Position numbers and translations under genes: made by a program
The notes under the pieces: generated by a model
What the model was told of the DNA's origin: nothing
Seen by the model: the letters and a program-made list of their open reading frames with translations, nothing else
Database searches by the model: none
IMG/VR virus record: IMGVR_UViG_3300031087_000014
From: a virus
Strand: one strand, 5' to 3'
Length of the DNA stretch: 64,000 nucleotides
Shown: positions 53,930 to 62,864 of the stretch, piece by piece
Position numbering within the stretch: the stretch's first letter is position 1
Layout of the letters: each line of letters starts with the position of its first letter

Positions 53930-54820
53930 TTAGTTGTAGTATTTGTTCAAAATAACACGGCGACTGATCCCCTGGTTTAGTACGAGGATATCTTGGTCAA
54001 TCTCAACATTATCTTTCCAGACGTTAAGAGAGTGTACGCGGTCAATGATACCTTCCAGAGGACGAAGCCCTTTAGAGAAAATACCGTGAGTTACGTAGAG
54101 ATCTACACGTCCTGCGTTACGACTCTTGAGAAGTTCAGCTAGTTTGATGAATGTATAGCCGCCGTCACAGATATCATCCACGATGATTAGATTTCGACCT
54201 TTGAAGTCTTGGACAGAAATATCTGTGTGTTTGATAGCTCCAGTAGCAGTATCACGAATCTTTTCAGCACAGTAAACATCTACTCCACCTAATTCTTTCG
54301 CAACCTTGAAGATTTTCTTCAAAGCGCCAGCGTCAGGAGACACGATAGCGAAGTTATCCATTGGGATGTAGTGTCCCAGCATTTCTTTCACAATCTTCTC
54401 TTGTGGAATGATGGTGAGTCGGTCGATCAGTGCCGGAGTAACGTCACTGTGCGGATCTGCAATTACCACCTCTTCAAAGTCCCAGCTATTGATGATATTA
54501 GCAAACACCTTAAGCCCGAATGCCTCTCCTGCTTCACAAGGGCGATCCTGACGACCGTAAGGAACGTAGAGCATAATCAGCTTCACTGGAACACGGAAGT
54601 GAGCACAACGCGATATAGCGTCTTTAATCATACCTACTCGCATAAGGTCATCACTGCTGCGGATTTCTGCTTCAATAATCACTTCATCACCGTAAGAGAT
54701 TTCCTTTAATGCTTCTGGCAGAACAATGTGTTCTTCCCCAGCAGAGAATCGGAAAGACTTAACAGGACACTCAATCGTGTTCATATTAAAACCTAACATA
54801 GTGCGGATACTTACTTTCAT
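53930..54820 (-). CDS. ribose-phosphate pyrophosphokinase-like protein (Adps candidate)
   Basis: FSAGE, YVPYGRQDR, DPHS, VSPDAGA, IVDDICDGG.TF, YVTHGIFS. Confidence 0.92.
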   Translation of the reverse strand: MKVSIRTMLGFNMNTIECPVKSFRFSAGEEHIVLPEALKEISYGDEVIIEAEIRSSDDLMRVGMIKDAISRCAHFRVPVKLIMLYVPYGRQDRPCEAGEAFGLKVFANIINSWDFEEVVIADPHSDVTPALIDRLTIIPQEKIVKEMLGHYIPMDNFAIVSPDAGALKKIFKVAKELGGVDVYCAEKIRDTATGAIKHTDISVQDFKGRNLIIVDDICDGGYTFIKLAELLKSRNAGRVDLYVTHGIFSKGLRPLEGIIDRVHSLNVWKDNVEIDQDILVLNQGISRRVILNKYYN

Positions 54821-55041
54821 ACATTCACCTCCAATTTTGCGTTAACAGGGATTGCTACGCCGTCTATAGGCATTGAATCTACCACACCTTTGTTCAGGTT
54901 GACAAGATAAATCATATCTTCTGCTTCACCAGGTGGACGCTCAATAATCATAAAATACTCACGCCCCACTTTGATAACATCTCCGATATCCAGTTTGCGT
55001 ACATCGACAAACACCTGACCACCAGCCTGTATAATAATCAT
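54817..55041 (-). CDS. hypothetical protein (tandem paralog 4)
   Basis: 74 aa with a shared L..G..., V.L..G, A..EV pattern. Confidence 0.65.
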   Translation of the reverse strand: MIIIQAGGQVFVDVRKLDIGDVIKVGREYFMIIERPPGEAEDMIYLVNLNKGVVDSMPIDGVAIPVNAKLEVNV

Positions 55042-55262
55042 AACACCACCTCCATAGAAACAGAAGTCGCAGCTTCAACAAGGGATTCCCCATCGGGAGA
55101 GATAAGATACCCATCCTTTAAGCGTACACATTGTGGATCACCGTACCCATCTTCTTCATCAGACTTGATATAGAAATCACCATCATAGATGAATACTGAT
55201 CCGTCTTCAAGATTCACAAGCTTCTCTACCCTGGAAGCCTTAGTGTGTTTAATATCAATCAT
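55038..55262 (-). CDS. hypothetical protein (tandem paralog 3)
   Basis: GSVFIYDG..YI..DE.D.YGD..CVRL.DG. Confidence 0.7.
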   Translation of the reverse strand: MIDIKHTKASRVEKLVNLEDGSVFIYDGDFYIKSDEEDGYGDPQCVRLKDGYLISPDGESLVEAATSVSMEVVL

Positions 55263-55483
55263 ATGTCAATCTCCATTTTTGCAGAGTGGGCTACATCAAC
55301 AGTAGCGGCAGGGTCATAAGTAAATAATTGACCATCACGAATTCTAACGCAGCGAATATCTCCGTATTCATCTGTCTCGTCGGTGAGGATATGGAATGTA
55401 CCATCATAGTTAAAGACAGTACCGCTTTGGAGGCTACCCAGCCTTCCGGTTTGCTTCTGATTCTTTTGTGATATTTCAATCAT
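55259..55483 (-). CDS. hypothetical protein (tandem paralog 2)
   Basis: GTVFNYDG..HI..DE.DEYGD..CVRI.DG. Confidence 0.7.
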   Translation of the reverse strand: MIEISQKNQKQTGRLGSLQSGTVFNYDGTFHILTDETDEYGDIRCVRIRDGQLFTYDPAATVDVAHSAKMEIDI

Positions 55484-55703
55484 AGAATACCTCCATTGAT
55501 GCATTGTGTATAGGGGTGACTTCGTGACTCTGTGAGATACGACTAATATCTCCTGTAGCTAAGTCTACACAAACTGATGAATGACCCGCTCCTACTTCAT
55601 CTGTCTTCATAAACACAGAGTCTTCAAACTTGAATAAACCCCCAATTGGTAAGAGCAGAATGCTGGTTTTATTTTTCTTAGCAACTTCTTTAATCTCTAA
55701 CAT
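55476..55703 (-). CDS. hypothetical protein (tandem paralog 1)
   Basis: GGLFKFED..FMKTDE...CVDL..G; AGGAGG RBS. Confidence 0.7.
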   Translation of the reverse strand: MLEIKEVAKKNKTSILLLPIGGLFKFEDSVFMKTDEVGAGHSSVCVDLATGDISRISQSHEVTPIHNASMEVFYD

Positions 55704-55791
55704 AATTCCTCCTGTTTCGTTTCGATGGATGTAATGTACTCCTTAACGACTTCACCTGTCAAACTCTTTTTGAAAATAATATCTTCTATAT

Positions 55792-56027
55792 AGATCTGTT
55801 GTTCCTTCGTCACAACATCTCTGTTATCTAAACTCACTTCGTTCGTTAAGATAAAACAACCTAAAACATTAAAAACAAAAGAAGTTATTACTACTCACTC
55901 CCTTCGGTCGTTCGTAGAAGATCAGTAGGGTAACACACTTTAAAACAAAAGTCAACAACAAAAGAATAAATATTTAAGTCTTTTGTCTTTAATACTCAGT
56001 ATGTTCGCTTCGCTCCCATACTTCGTA
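55792..56027 (-). repeat. array of four GAA-triloop hairpins with tandem G.A mismatches
   Basis: 55792-55822, 55824-55854, 55891-55917, 55993-56027; e.g. CTAC GA AC GA CC GAA GG GA GT GA GTAG. Confidence 0.75.
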
Positions 56028-56119
56028 AGAGAGGGTATCACAATTTAGACTAAAAATCAAGTTGTATTATGTTTTATTTAATGGTAGAGTGCAGGCTGTT
56101 TTTACAGAGGAGAATGAAA

Positions 56120-56260
56120 ATGAACAAATCGCTTGCAATGTCACTGCTAACTATGCAGAATGTAGACCTTACCCCGAAAGCTAAGCGCGGTGGTGCAGCT
56201 ACCCACAAAGGGAAGCTTACTAAGACCGATTCTAAGCTTCTTAAAAGTAAACCTTGGTGA
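56120..56260 (+). CDS. small basic hypothetical protein
   Basis: ATG after GAGGAG. Confidence 0.5.
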   Translation: MNKSLAMSLLTMQNVDLTPKAKRGGAATHKGKLTKTDSKLLKSKPW

Positions 56261-56442
56261 TTTATCGTCTTATGTGATAAAGTGCCTTAAAATGCGATAC
56301 AGGAGGTGCTAGGTGTATTCTATTGTGAGTAAGGTGATGTTCGGTGAACTGTATCACTGTGTCTATGAAAACAGTGTGAGTGTAGGGGCCTGGCATCACT
56401 TGGATTTACCTAAAAAGTTTAAATATTTACTGGAGAATTAAT

Positions 56443-56625
56443 ATGCCTATTTATGATTACCACTGCAAAGAACACGGATCATTTGAGAAGATGAAGAAGA
56501 TCTCCGAACGATCCTCTGCCAACTGTCCTGAGTGTGAGGCTGAGTGTGAGCAAAGTATTACCGCTCCGAAGATGGTGAACGGTGGTTTCTGCGATAAGTC
56601 TATGAAATTAAGCAAGAAGTTTTAA
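56443..56625 (+). CDS. FmdB-family zinc ribbon protein
   Basis: MPIYDYHC..HG.FE...CPEC...GGF. Confidence 0.8.
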   Translation: MPIYDYHCKEHGSFEKMKKISERSSANCPECEAECEQSITAPKMVNGGFCDKSMKLSKKF

Positions 56626-56643
56626 CAGGAGGAAATTTAGAGT

Positions 56644-57753
56644 ATGAAGATTATCCCATTAAGTATTGCGAAGTCGTATGTAAGTCACTGGAGTTGGTGG
56701 GAAGGAGTGAGAGAACTCCTCCAGAACGCAGTTGACACAAAGGATTATGAGGTGCAAATCTCAGAGAAAAACGAGATCATCATTATCTCTCGCGGGGATC
56801 GTATCCCTGTCAGTGCATTGCTTATGGGTAAATCTGGCAAGCAGGATGATGACAGCACCATCGGAAAGTTTGGTGAAGGTATGAAACTTGCTTTCTTGGT
56901 ATTGGGGCGTCTAGGTGCAACAGTCGTAGTGCAAAACTATGATGAAGTGTGGCATCCTGCCTTCCAATGGAGTGATACTTTCCAGGAGGAATGTCTTTCT
57001 ATCGGAATCGTATCGGCTGTAGATATTGGAGAGGTTCAGATTACTATCTCCGGTGTTCCTGATGAAGTGTTGGAAGAGGTGAGCGATAAGTTTCTCCCTC
57101 TTCAAGACAGAACTCCTGAACATTCATCCCACAACGGAGAAGCCTACAAGAAAGATGCAGACGGCTGTGACCTGTATATCAATGGTATCTTCGTCACTAA
57201 TATGGAAGGTCGTTATAAATATGACTACAATTTCAGGCCATCGGCGTTTACGTTAGACCGAGATCGAAATACCGCAAAGGATTTTGAGGTTCGTTGGGAG
57301 GCAAGTGCATTATTGATGAATGCAAACCAGTTCTTGCTTATTGCTGAAATGGTGTCTGATGGATATCTGGATGTTGAGCACTTCAAATATCACAGTAGCT
57401 GTGCAACCCAGGAAGAGAAAGACGATATGGATAGCTTGGCTGTATCTCTGTTCTTCACGCAGCACGGAGAAAATGCTTGGGCTATCAACCGTAGCTGGGA
57501 GGACGGTAAACGCCGTCTCGTCACTAAGGCTTGTATTGATAAGGGATACATCCCTGTAGAAGTGCCGGATGGACTATATCATCTGCTGAAAGGTAAGTTT
57601 GCTGTTGACAAAGATATGCAGGAGGTGTTAAGCTTCAAGCCAATCGAGTTCTTAGAAGGTTTCCTTGCCGAGAACAAACGTCATATGCGGTCTAAGCCTG
57701 TACGTCAGTTGAAAGCCGTTATCGAACGACTCAAAATTATCCGAGGAGCTTAA
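56644..57753 (+). CDS. GHKL-type ATPase domain protein
   Basis: VRELLQNAVD, MG.SGK, IGKFGEGMKLA motifs. Confidence 0.75.
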   Translation: MKIIPLSIAKSYVSHWSWWEGVRELLQNAVDTKDYEVQISEKNEIIIISRGDRIPVSALLMGKSGKQDDDSTIGKFGEGMKLAFLVLGRLGATVVVQNYDEVWHPAFQWSDTFQEECLSIGIVSAVDIGEVQITISGVPDEVLEEVSDKFLPLQDRTPEHSSHNGEAYKKDADGCDLYINGIFVTNMEGRYKYDYNFRPSAFTLDRDRNTAKDFEVRWEASALLMNANQFLLIAEMVSDGYLDVEHFKYHSSCATQEEKDDMDSLAVSLFFTQHGENAWAINRSWEDGKRRLVTKACIDKGYIPVEVPDGLYHLLKGKFAVDKDMQEVLSFKPIEFLEGFLAENKRHMRSKPVRQLKAVIERLKIIRGA

Positions 57754-57951
57754 ATGAACCCGAACATTTATACATTATGGCTGGACGATCACAAAGTAGA
57801 ATCAACTCTCTCATACACTGAGGCAAAGAAGAAGTTTATGGAGTGGATCGATTTCACCAAAGAAAACAATGTCGCTTATCAAGCGGTAATCGTAACTAAG
57901 AATATGGAGGTATTACTTGAATATCGAAGGTCGAATCCCACTGCCAAATGA
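57754..57951 (+). CDS. hypothetical protein
   Basis: coupled ORF with GAGGAG RBS. Confidence 0.65.
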   Translation: MNPNIYTLWLDDHKVESTLSYTEAKKKFMEWIDFTKENNVAYQAVIVTKNMEVLLEYRRSNPTAK

Positions 57952-58180
57952 GACTGTGTTTGAGGCGAAGGAAGTCTTTTACACTTGCATTGGCAAAGGT
58001 GGCTTGTATCGTATCGTTGGTCGAGCGCGTGGAGCGGGTAAGTCTCGTGAGACAGGCGTGATCGTAGTATACGAAGATGTTAACTCGTTAGAGCATATGC
58101 CTTTCTTCCGTACTCTGGAGGACTTCCAGGATCGTATGCAAGAGGTGGACATTGATGAAGCAATCGCCGCTCAAGAGTAA
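57917..58180 (+). CDS. hypothetical protein (DUF1653-like)
   Basis: KGGLYRIVG.A...VVY...R....F..R pattern. Confidence 0.6.
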   Translation: MNIEGRIPLPNETVFEAKEVFYTCIGKGGLYRIVGRARGAGKSRETGVIVVYEDVNSLEHMPFFRTLEDFQDRMQEVDIDEAIAAQE

Positions 58181-58520
58181 CACAAAGAAAGCAGCCCCTA
58201 AAAAGGCTGCTCCAAAGAAACGCGCACCAGCGAAACCAAAAGTCAACCGGACTTTAAAGGTAGCGAAGGAAGCGCCTAAGAAAAAGAATAAGTTTGATAC
58301 AGAAGCGTTTACTTTTAGTACGCCTATAGAACACATTGAAGCAGCGCTGGAGCGCCTGGATAAACAGGACGCAGATCCAATGGCTGAACCATTTACAAAA
58401 GATGAAATCTATTGGATGGTGGTGTGGACGGAAATGTTACCGGAAGCTAAAAGACGTAAAATGACGCACGTCCCTTGTTGTGCGAAAGAACGCGCTGTTT
58501 TGAAGTTACCTAAATTATAG
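58152..58520 (+). CDS. hypothetical protein with a Lys/Ala/Pro-rich N-terminus
   Basis: KKAAPKKAAPKKRAPAKPK. Confidence 0.65.
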   Translation: MMKQSPLKSNTKKAAPKKAAPKKRAPAKPKVNRTLKVAKEAPKKKNKFDTEAFTFSTPIEHIEAALERLDKQDADPMAEPFTKDEIYWMVVWTEMLPEAKRRKMTHVPCCAKERAVLKLPKL

Positions 58521-58529
58521 GAGGATGAA

Positions 58530-58886
58530 ATGAAACCAGACACTATCCTGTGGTTGGATGATGTACGTGACCCTAAAAACTTTGGTATGGAAGGTGCTGT
58601 CTGGATCAAGACATTCTCAGACTTCGAAAATACTCTTCATACCTTGATCGAAGCGATGCAGGATGATAATATCGTTCACATCAGTTTTGATAATGACCTG
58701 GGCACTGAGGAAGAAGGGTATGATGGATTCTGTATCTTGGAGGAGTATCTTCATATGGGATACTTCGAAGGGCTGAAAAAGATCACAGTACATTCATCAA
58801 ACCCTAGCGCAGTTCATAAGTTTATGTTAGTATCTCGGGCAATGAAGGCTCACTTTGATATTGACCTTTTACGTACACCACTTTGA
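58530..58886 (+). CDS. cyclic-phosphate-processing receiver-domain protein
   Basis: LWLDDVRDP, ISFDNDLG...GYD, VHSSNP; first gene of the RNA repair cluster. Confidence 0.8.
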   Translation: MKPDTILWLDDVRDPKNFGMEGAVWIKTFSDFENTLHTLIEAMQDDNIVHISFDNDLGTEEEGYDGFCILEEYLHMGYFEGLKKITVHSSNPSAVHKFMLVSRAMKAHFDIDLLRTPL

Positions 58887-58895
58887 GGAGTAATT

Positions 58896-59810
58896 ATGAT
58901 TGACGTTAGCGTAGTTCTGGAATACCTTAAGGATTACCGCGAAGAACTGAAACAACCTATGGATCGTGTGCTGGCAAGAAAGGCATTGTTCACCAACGGT
59001 GTTCCAGTAATGAGCTTCGAGGAGATGGTTTCCTTTGATAGTGATGTTTTCGACGAAATGTTTGAATACTACATCACAACAGGACGTAAGCCAAGTCGCC
59101 GCCCTATATTGGAGCGTATTTACCCTTGGTTTGGATATGTAAAAGGTAATGTGTATTGGGGCAAAGCTGTAGATGTTGAGCGGCGTGCTCTGAGAAAAAT
59201 GCAGATGAAAGACTTGCATTACTCGGAGGATAATGTACACTTCGTATCGGATGTTCATTTCTTGCATAAGAATATCATCCATCACAACCGAAACAACATC
59301 TCAAACATTGATGAAATGCATCATCTGCTGATTGAAGCGTGGAACAAACAAGTGGGGCCAAACGATTTGGTGTTTGACTTGGGGGATCTCACCTTGGGTA
59401 GTATGACTAAGGGATTGGAATTACTTAAGCAGTTGAATGGCTTTATTATTCATCTGAAAGGAAACCACGTTAGTGAAAAGGAATGGGAGTATTACGATAT
59501 GAATCTCCCTAAACAAAAGTTTGTTGACAGTAGCTACTTATGCAGTACAATCAACGGGCAGAAGATTGCAATGTGTCACTTCCCGATTCTGAGTTGGGAC
59601 GATATGCACCGCGATAGCTGGCACCTGTTTGGTCACTGTCACGGAAGTAATGCAATGGAGCAGCATATGGGCAAGGCGATGGATGTTGGAGTAGATGCAA
59701 CTGTAGGCATTACTGAATCACTCCGTCCTGTCTCTATGGCAGAAGTAAGAACAGTTATGGCTGGCAAAAGAATTGTTAGCTGGGATCATCACGAAGTAGG
59801 AGGAAACTAA
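58896..59810 (+). CDS. calcineurin-like metallophosphoesterase
   Basis: SDVHF.H, LGD, GNH, CHFP, GHCH motifs. Confidence 0.9.
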   Translation: MIDVSVVLEYLKDYREELKQPMDRVLARKALFTNGVPVMSFEEMVSFDSDVFDEMFEYYITTGRKPSRRPILERIYPWFGYVKGNVYWGKAVDVERRALRKMQMKDLHYSEDNVHFVSDVHFLHKNIIHHNRNNISNIDEMHHLLIEAWNKQVGPNDLVFDLGDLTLGSMTKGLELLKQLNGFIIHLKGNHVSEKEWEYYDMNLPKQKFVDSSYLCSTINGQKIAMCHFPILSWDDMHRDSWHLFGHCHGSNAMEQHMGKAMDVGVDATVGITESLRPVSMAEVRTVMAGKRIVSWDHHEVGGN

Positions 59811-59811
59811 T

Positions 59812-60834
59812 ATGAGCAATATCAAATACCCGAGCACAAACCAGTTCCGTCAGGTAGTTAAGACAATGAAAACTCAACTGGAGTATGATCATTATAATCC
59901 AGAGACGCAGGAACACGTCACAAAGATTCCAGAAACGTATGTGATCCCTTACATCGGTACTGTGAAGATTCACGGCACCAACGGTAGCGTACTTTTCCGC
60001 TCAGAAACTGATTTCATCTTCCAATCAAAAGCCCAGCAGGTAGACATTGGGAAAGATAATGCCGGATTTGCAGCGTTTATGCATCGCAAAGATATGGATC
60101 TTCTGCTGGCGCGAGTACGTAAAGTATGTGAGGATCATAACGTAACATTTGAGTTCCCTGTCGAGATTGCTGGAGAGTGGGCAGGTCGTGGTATTCAGAA
60201 AGGCGTTGCTGTTACTGAGGTTGAACCATTCTTCGCTGTATTCCGTGTTGCAGTAGGTGAGCGTCCTAATGGCGGTCTGAAATGGCTTCCGACAGATATC
60301 ATCGGGCCAGTGTCTGATAATGAAAACCGGATCTTCAACATTCTACAGTTTGGCTTTGTTCCACTGGAGATTGACTTTGAAAATCCTCAGAATGTACAGA
60401 ACACCCTCGTATCTCTGACAGAAGAAGCAGAGAAAGAATGTCCGGCAGGTAAGTTCTTTGGTGTGTCTGGTATCGGTGAAGGTTATGTTTGGACTCCTGC
60501 TGATCCATCTCTGGCTATTGACTCTGGCTTGTGGTTTAAAGTGAAAGGCGATAAGCACTCTGTTTCTAAGGTTAAGACCTTGGCGGCAGTAGACCCTGAA
60601 CGTATGGCAAACATCGCTGAGTTTGTGGAATATGCCGTAACTGAAAATCGTCTGGAGCAGGCTCTGGGTGAAGTAGGCTTGGATAAGACCAAGATCGGAG
60701 AGTTTGTTAAGTGGATGTCTACAGACATTCTTAAAGAGGAAGGCGATGTTATGGAAGCCTCCGCTCTAACAATGAAAGATGTTGGTAAGAACATCTCTGA
60801 TAAATCCCGTAAATGGTATATGGCTAAACTGTAA
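59812..60834 (+). CDS. RNA ligase, Rnl2 family
   Basis: motif I KIHGTN, DNAGF, GEWAG, GEGYV, FKVK, and a C-domain with RL/DILKEE. Confidence 0.85.
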   Translation: MSNIKYPSTNQFRQVVKTMKTQLEYDHYNPETQEHVTKIPETYVIPYIGTVKIHGTNGSVLFRSETDFIFQSKAQQVDIGKDNAGFAAFMHRKDMDLLLARVRKVCEDHNVTFEFPVEIAGEWAGRGIQKGVAVTEVEPFFAVFRVAVGERPNGGLKWLPTDIIGPVSDNENRIFNILQFGFVPLEIDFENPQNVQNTLVSLTEEAEKECPAGKFFGVSGIGEGYVWTPADPSLAIDSGLWFKVKGDKHSVSKVKTLAAVDPERMANIAEFVEYAVTENRLEQALGEVGLDKTKIGEFVKWMSTDILKEEGDVMEASALTMKDVGKNISDKSRKWYMAKL

Positions 60835-60847
60835 GAGGAGAATTAAA

Positions 60848-61972
60848 ATGCAAGTAACTGACTTCCTGAAAACACCTGGTAACTCTCTGACCCTGTTAAC
60901 TCTGTCTACAGGCATAAAAGTGAAAGAATATCCAGAAGAGGGCTTATACGTCCTAAACTATGACCAGATAGATAGTCCAAAGACACATCCTCTGGTTATG
61001 GAGTGCCGAGCACTGATCCTTGACAGGGAGTTTAATGTGGTTGCTCGTTCATTTGACCGATTCTTCAACCTGAATGAAGCGCCGGATACACAGGCGCATT
61101 TAGATTGGGATATTGCTGAGATTGCTGATAAAGTAGATGGTAGTCTAATCAAACTGTACTACTGGAACGGTGCTTGGCGCTTCTCTACTCGTGGCACAGC
61201 ATTTGCTGAAAGCCAGTGTATGAATAGTGAATACACATTCCACGATCTTTGCGTCAAAGCTTCTAACGCTAGTTATATGGAAGAGGTAGAGGCGTCAGCA
61301 GAACTGGCTGATCTTGACCAGGGAGTTACATACCTACTGGAGCTTACTTGTCGTGAAAACCGAGTGGTAACAGTATATGAGGGCTATCATCTGCACTTCT
61401 TAGGTGCTCGTCGTAATGACACTGGTGAATATGTGACTGTCCCTAATAGTGCATTATGGGTGATGAACTGGAAAGCTGTTAATAAGTATAAGTTTAACAG
61501 TGCTCAAGCTTGTAAAGAGACAGCCGAAAAGCTTCCTAATCTGGCAGAAGGTTATGTTGTTTACCAGAATGGCATCCCTGTTTGTAAGGTGAAGTCTCCA
61601 GCATACGTTGCTGTCCACCATCTCCGAGGTAACGGTATCCCTTCTTTGAAGCGTATTGTTGATTTGGTTGCTGTGGGTGAAGAAGACGAGTATCTTACTT
61701 ACTTCCCAGAGGACAGAAAGTACTTTGATCCGGTGACTCAAGCTAAGGCTTGGATTATCAATCAGGCTGATGCTATGTGGCACGTAGCTAAAGATATTGA
61801 GGAACAGAAGAAGTTTGCCATTGTGGTGAAAGATCTGTCCTTTGCTTGGTTGCTGTTTCAAGCAAGAAAGGTAAACAAGGAGCCGTCTGAGGTGTTCAAC
61901 TCCGCTCCGCTGGAGAAGCGATCTAAGACAATCCTGAACTATGTCGAAAAAGCAGGGAATGCTTTGAAATAA
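60848..61972 (+). CDS. RNA ligase, Rnl1 (T4 RnlA-like) family
   Basis: ECRALIL, SFDRFFN, KVDGSL, TRG, EGYV, KVKS..Y. Confidence 0.88.
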   Translation: MQVTDFLKTPGNSLTLLTLSTGIKVKEYPEEGLYVLNYDQIDSPKTHPLVMECRALILDREFNVVARSFDRFFNLNEAPDTQAHLDWDIAEIADKVDGSLIKLYYWNGAWRFSTRGTAFAESQCMNSEYTFHDLCVKASNASYMEEVEASAELADLDQGVTYLLELTCRENRVVTVYEGYHLHFLGARRNDTGEYVTVPNSALWVMNWKAVNKYKFNSAQACKETAEKLPNLAEGYVVYQNGIPVCKVKSPAYVAVHHLRGNGIPSLKRIVDLVAVGEEDEYLTYFPEDRKYFDPVTQAKAWIINQADAMWHVAKDIEEQKKFAIVVKDLSFAWLLFQARKVNKEPSEVFNSAPLEKRSKTILNYVEKAGNALK

Positions 61973-61981
61973 GGAGGAAAA

Positions 61982-62386
61982 TTGAAGAATTTCTATATCA
62001 TTCGTGGTGTATCTGGGAGTGGCAAGTCCACTCTCGCTAAAACAATGTCTGAGGCTCTTGGAGCTTCACATTTAGAAGCTGATATGCTGCTATACAATAA
62101 CCAAGGAGAATACGTCTGGACAAAAGAAGGCGTATCTGAGGCACATCGACAGACTGCGATTCATCTGTATCACTTAATGGAGTCAGGTGAGTCTAATATA
62201 ATTCTGTCCGATACCTCTGCAAAACAAAAAGATATGCAAAAATACCTTGATCTGGCTAAAGAGAAGGGTTACACTACGACAGTGATTGTAGTTGAGAACC
62301 GTCACGGCGGTAAGTCCATTCACGATGTAAGCGAGGAAACACTAGCTAAACAACGTGATCGTATCCGAAGCACTATTTCACTCTAA
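61982..62386 (+). CDS. polynucleotide kinase-like P-loop protein
   Basis: RGVSGSGKSTLA, EAD, SIHDV; follows the RNA ligases. Confidence 0.75.
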   Translation: MKNFYIIRGVSGSGKSTLAKTMSEALGASHLEADMLLYNNQGEYVWTKEGVSEAHRQTAIHLYHLMESGESNIILSDTSAKQKDMQKYLDLAKEKGYTTTVIVVENRHGGKSIHDVSEETLAKQRDRIRSTISL

Positions 62387-62397
62387 GGATAAAATAT

Positions 62398-62631
62398 ATG
62401 TTGATTAAAGAACTTAGTCCTGGTACAGTATACAAACTGAAAGACGAACACTTTATTCAAAACAAACTGATGGTGATTGCAGTCCCATATGACATTGAAA
62501 TTGTCGATAAAGAGTTTGGGGCACCTGTTTGTGCTGGACTAGCGTCTATTGATTTGGTAACATTCGAACTCGTTCAGTGGCAAGGCCACGAAGAACAAGA
62601 AGCAACTTTACTTACAGAAGGAGATGAATAA
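62398..62631 (+). CDS. hypothetical protein
   Basis: 77-aa ORF in operon. Confidence 0.65.
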   Translation: MLIKELSPGTVYKLKDEHFIQNKLMVIAVPYDIEIVDKEFGAPVCAGLASIDLVTFELVQWQGHEEQEATLLTEGDE

Positions 62632-62864
62632 TGTCAACAGCAATCTATGTACGTGGTGAACGTGGTGATCAGAACCTGTTTTCTTTCAACGATGATGTTT
62701 CTATCTACGATATTCGTCGTGAGATGGAAGATTTTATCCGCGAAGTACGAGGCTTTGTTCTGGCAGAGTTCCTTATCAGTACAACCCGAGGTGATTACTG
62801 GTATATGGACATTGAAGGGCTGGTGAATGATATTGGTGAGTTTTCTGTGGAGATGAACGGCTAA
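62631..62864 (+). CDS. hypothetical protein
   Basis: coupled ORF with AGGAG RBS. Confidence 0.65.
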   Translation: MSTAIYVRGERGDQNLFSFNDDVSIYDIRREMEDFIREVRGFVLAEFLISTTRGDYWYMDIEGLVNDIGEFSVEMNG

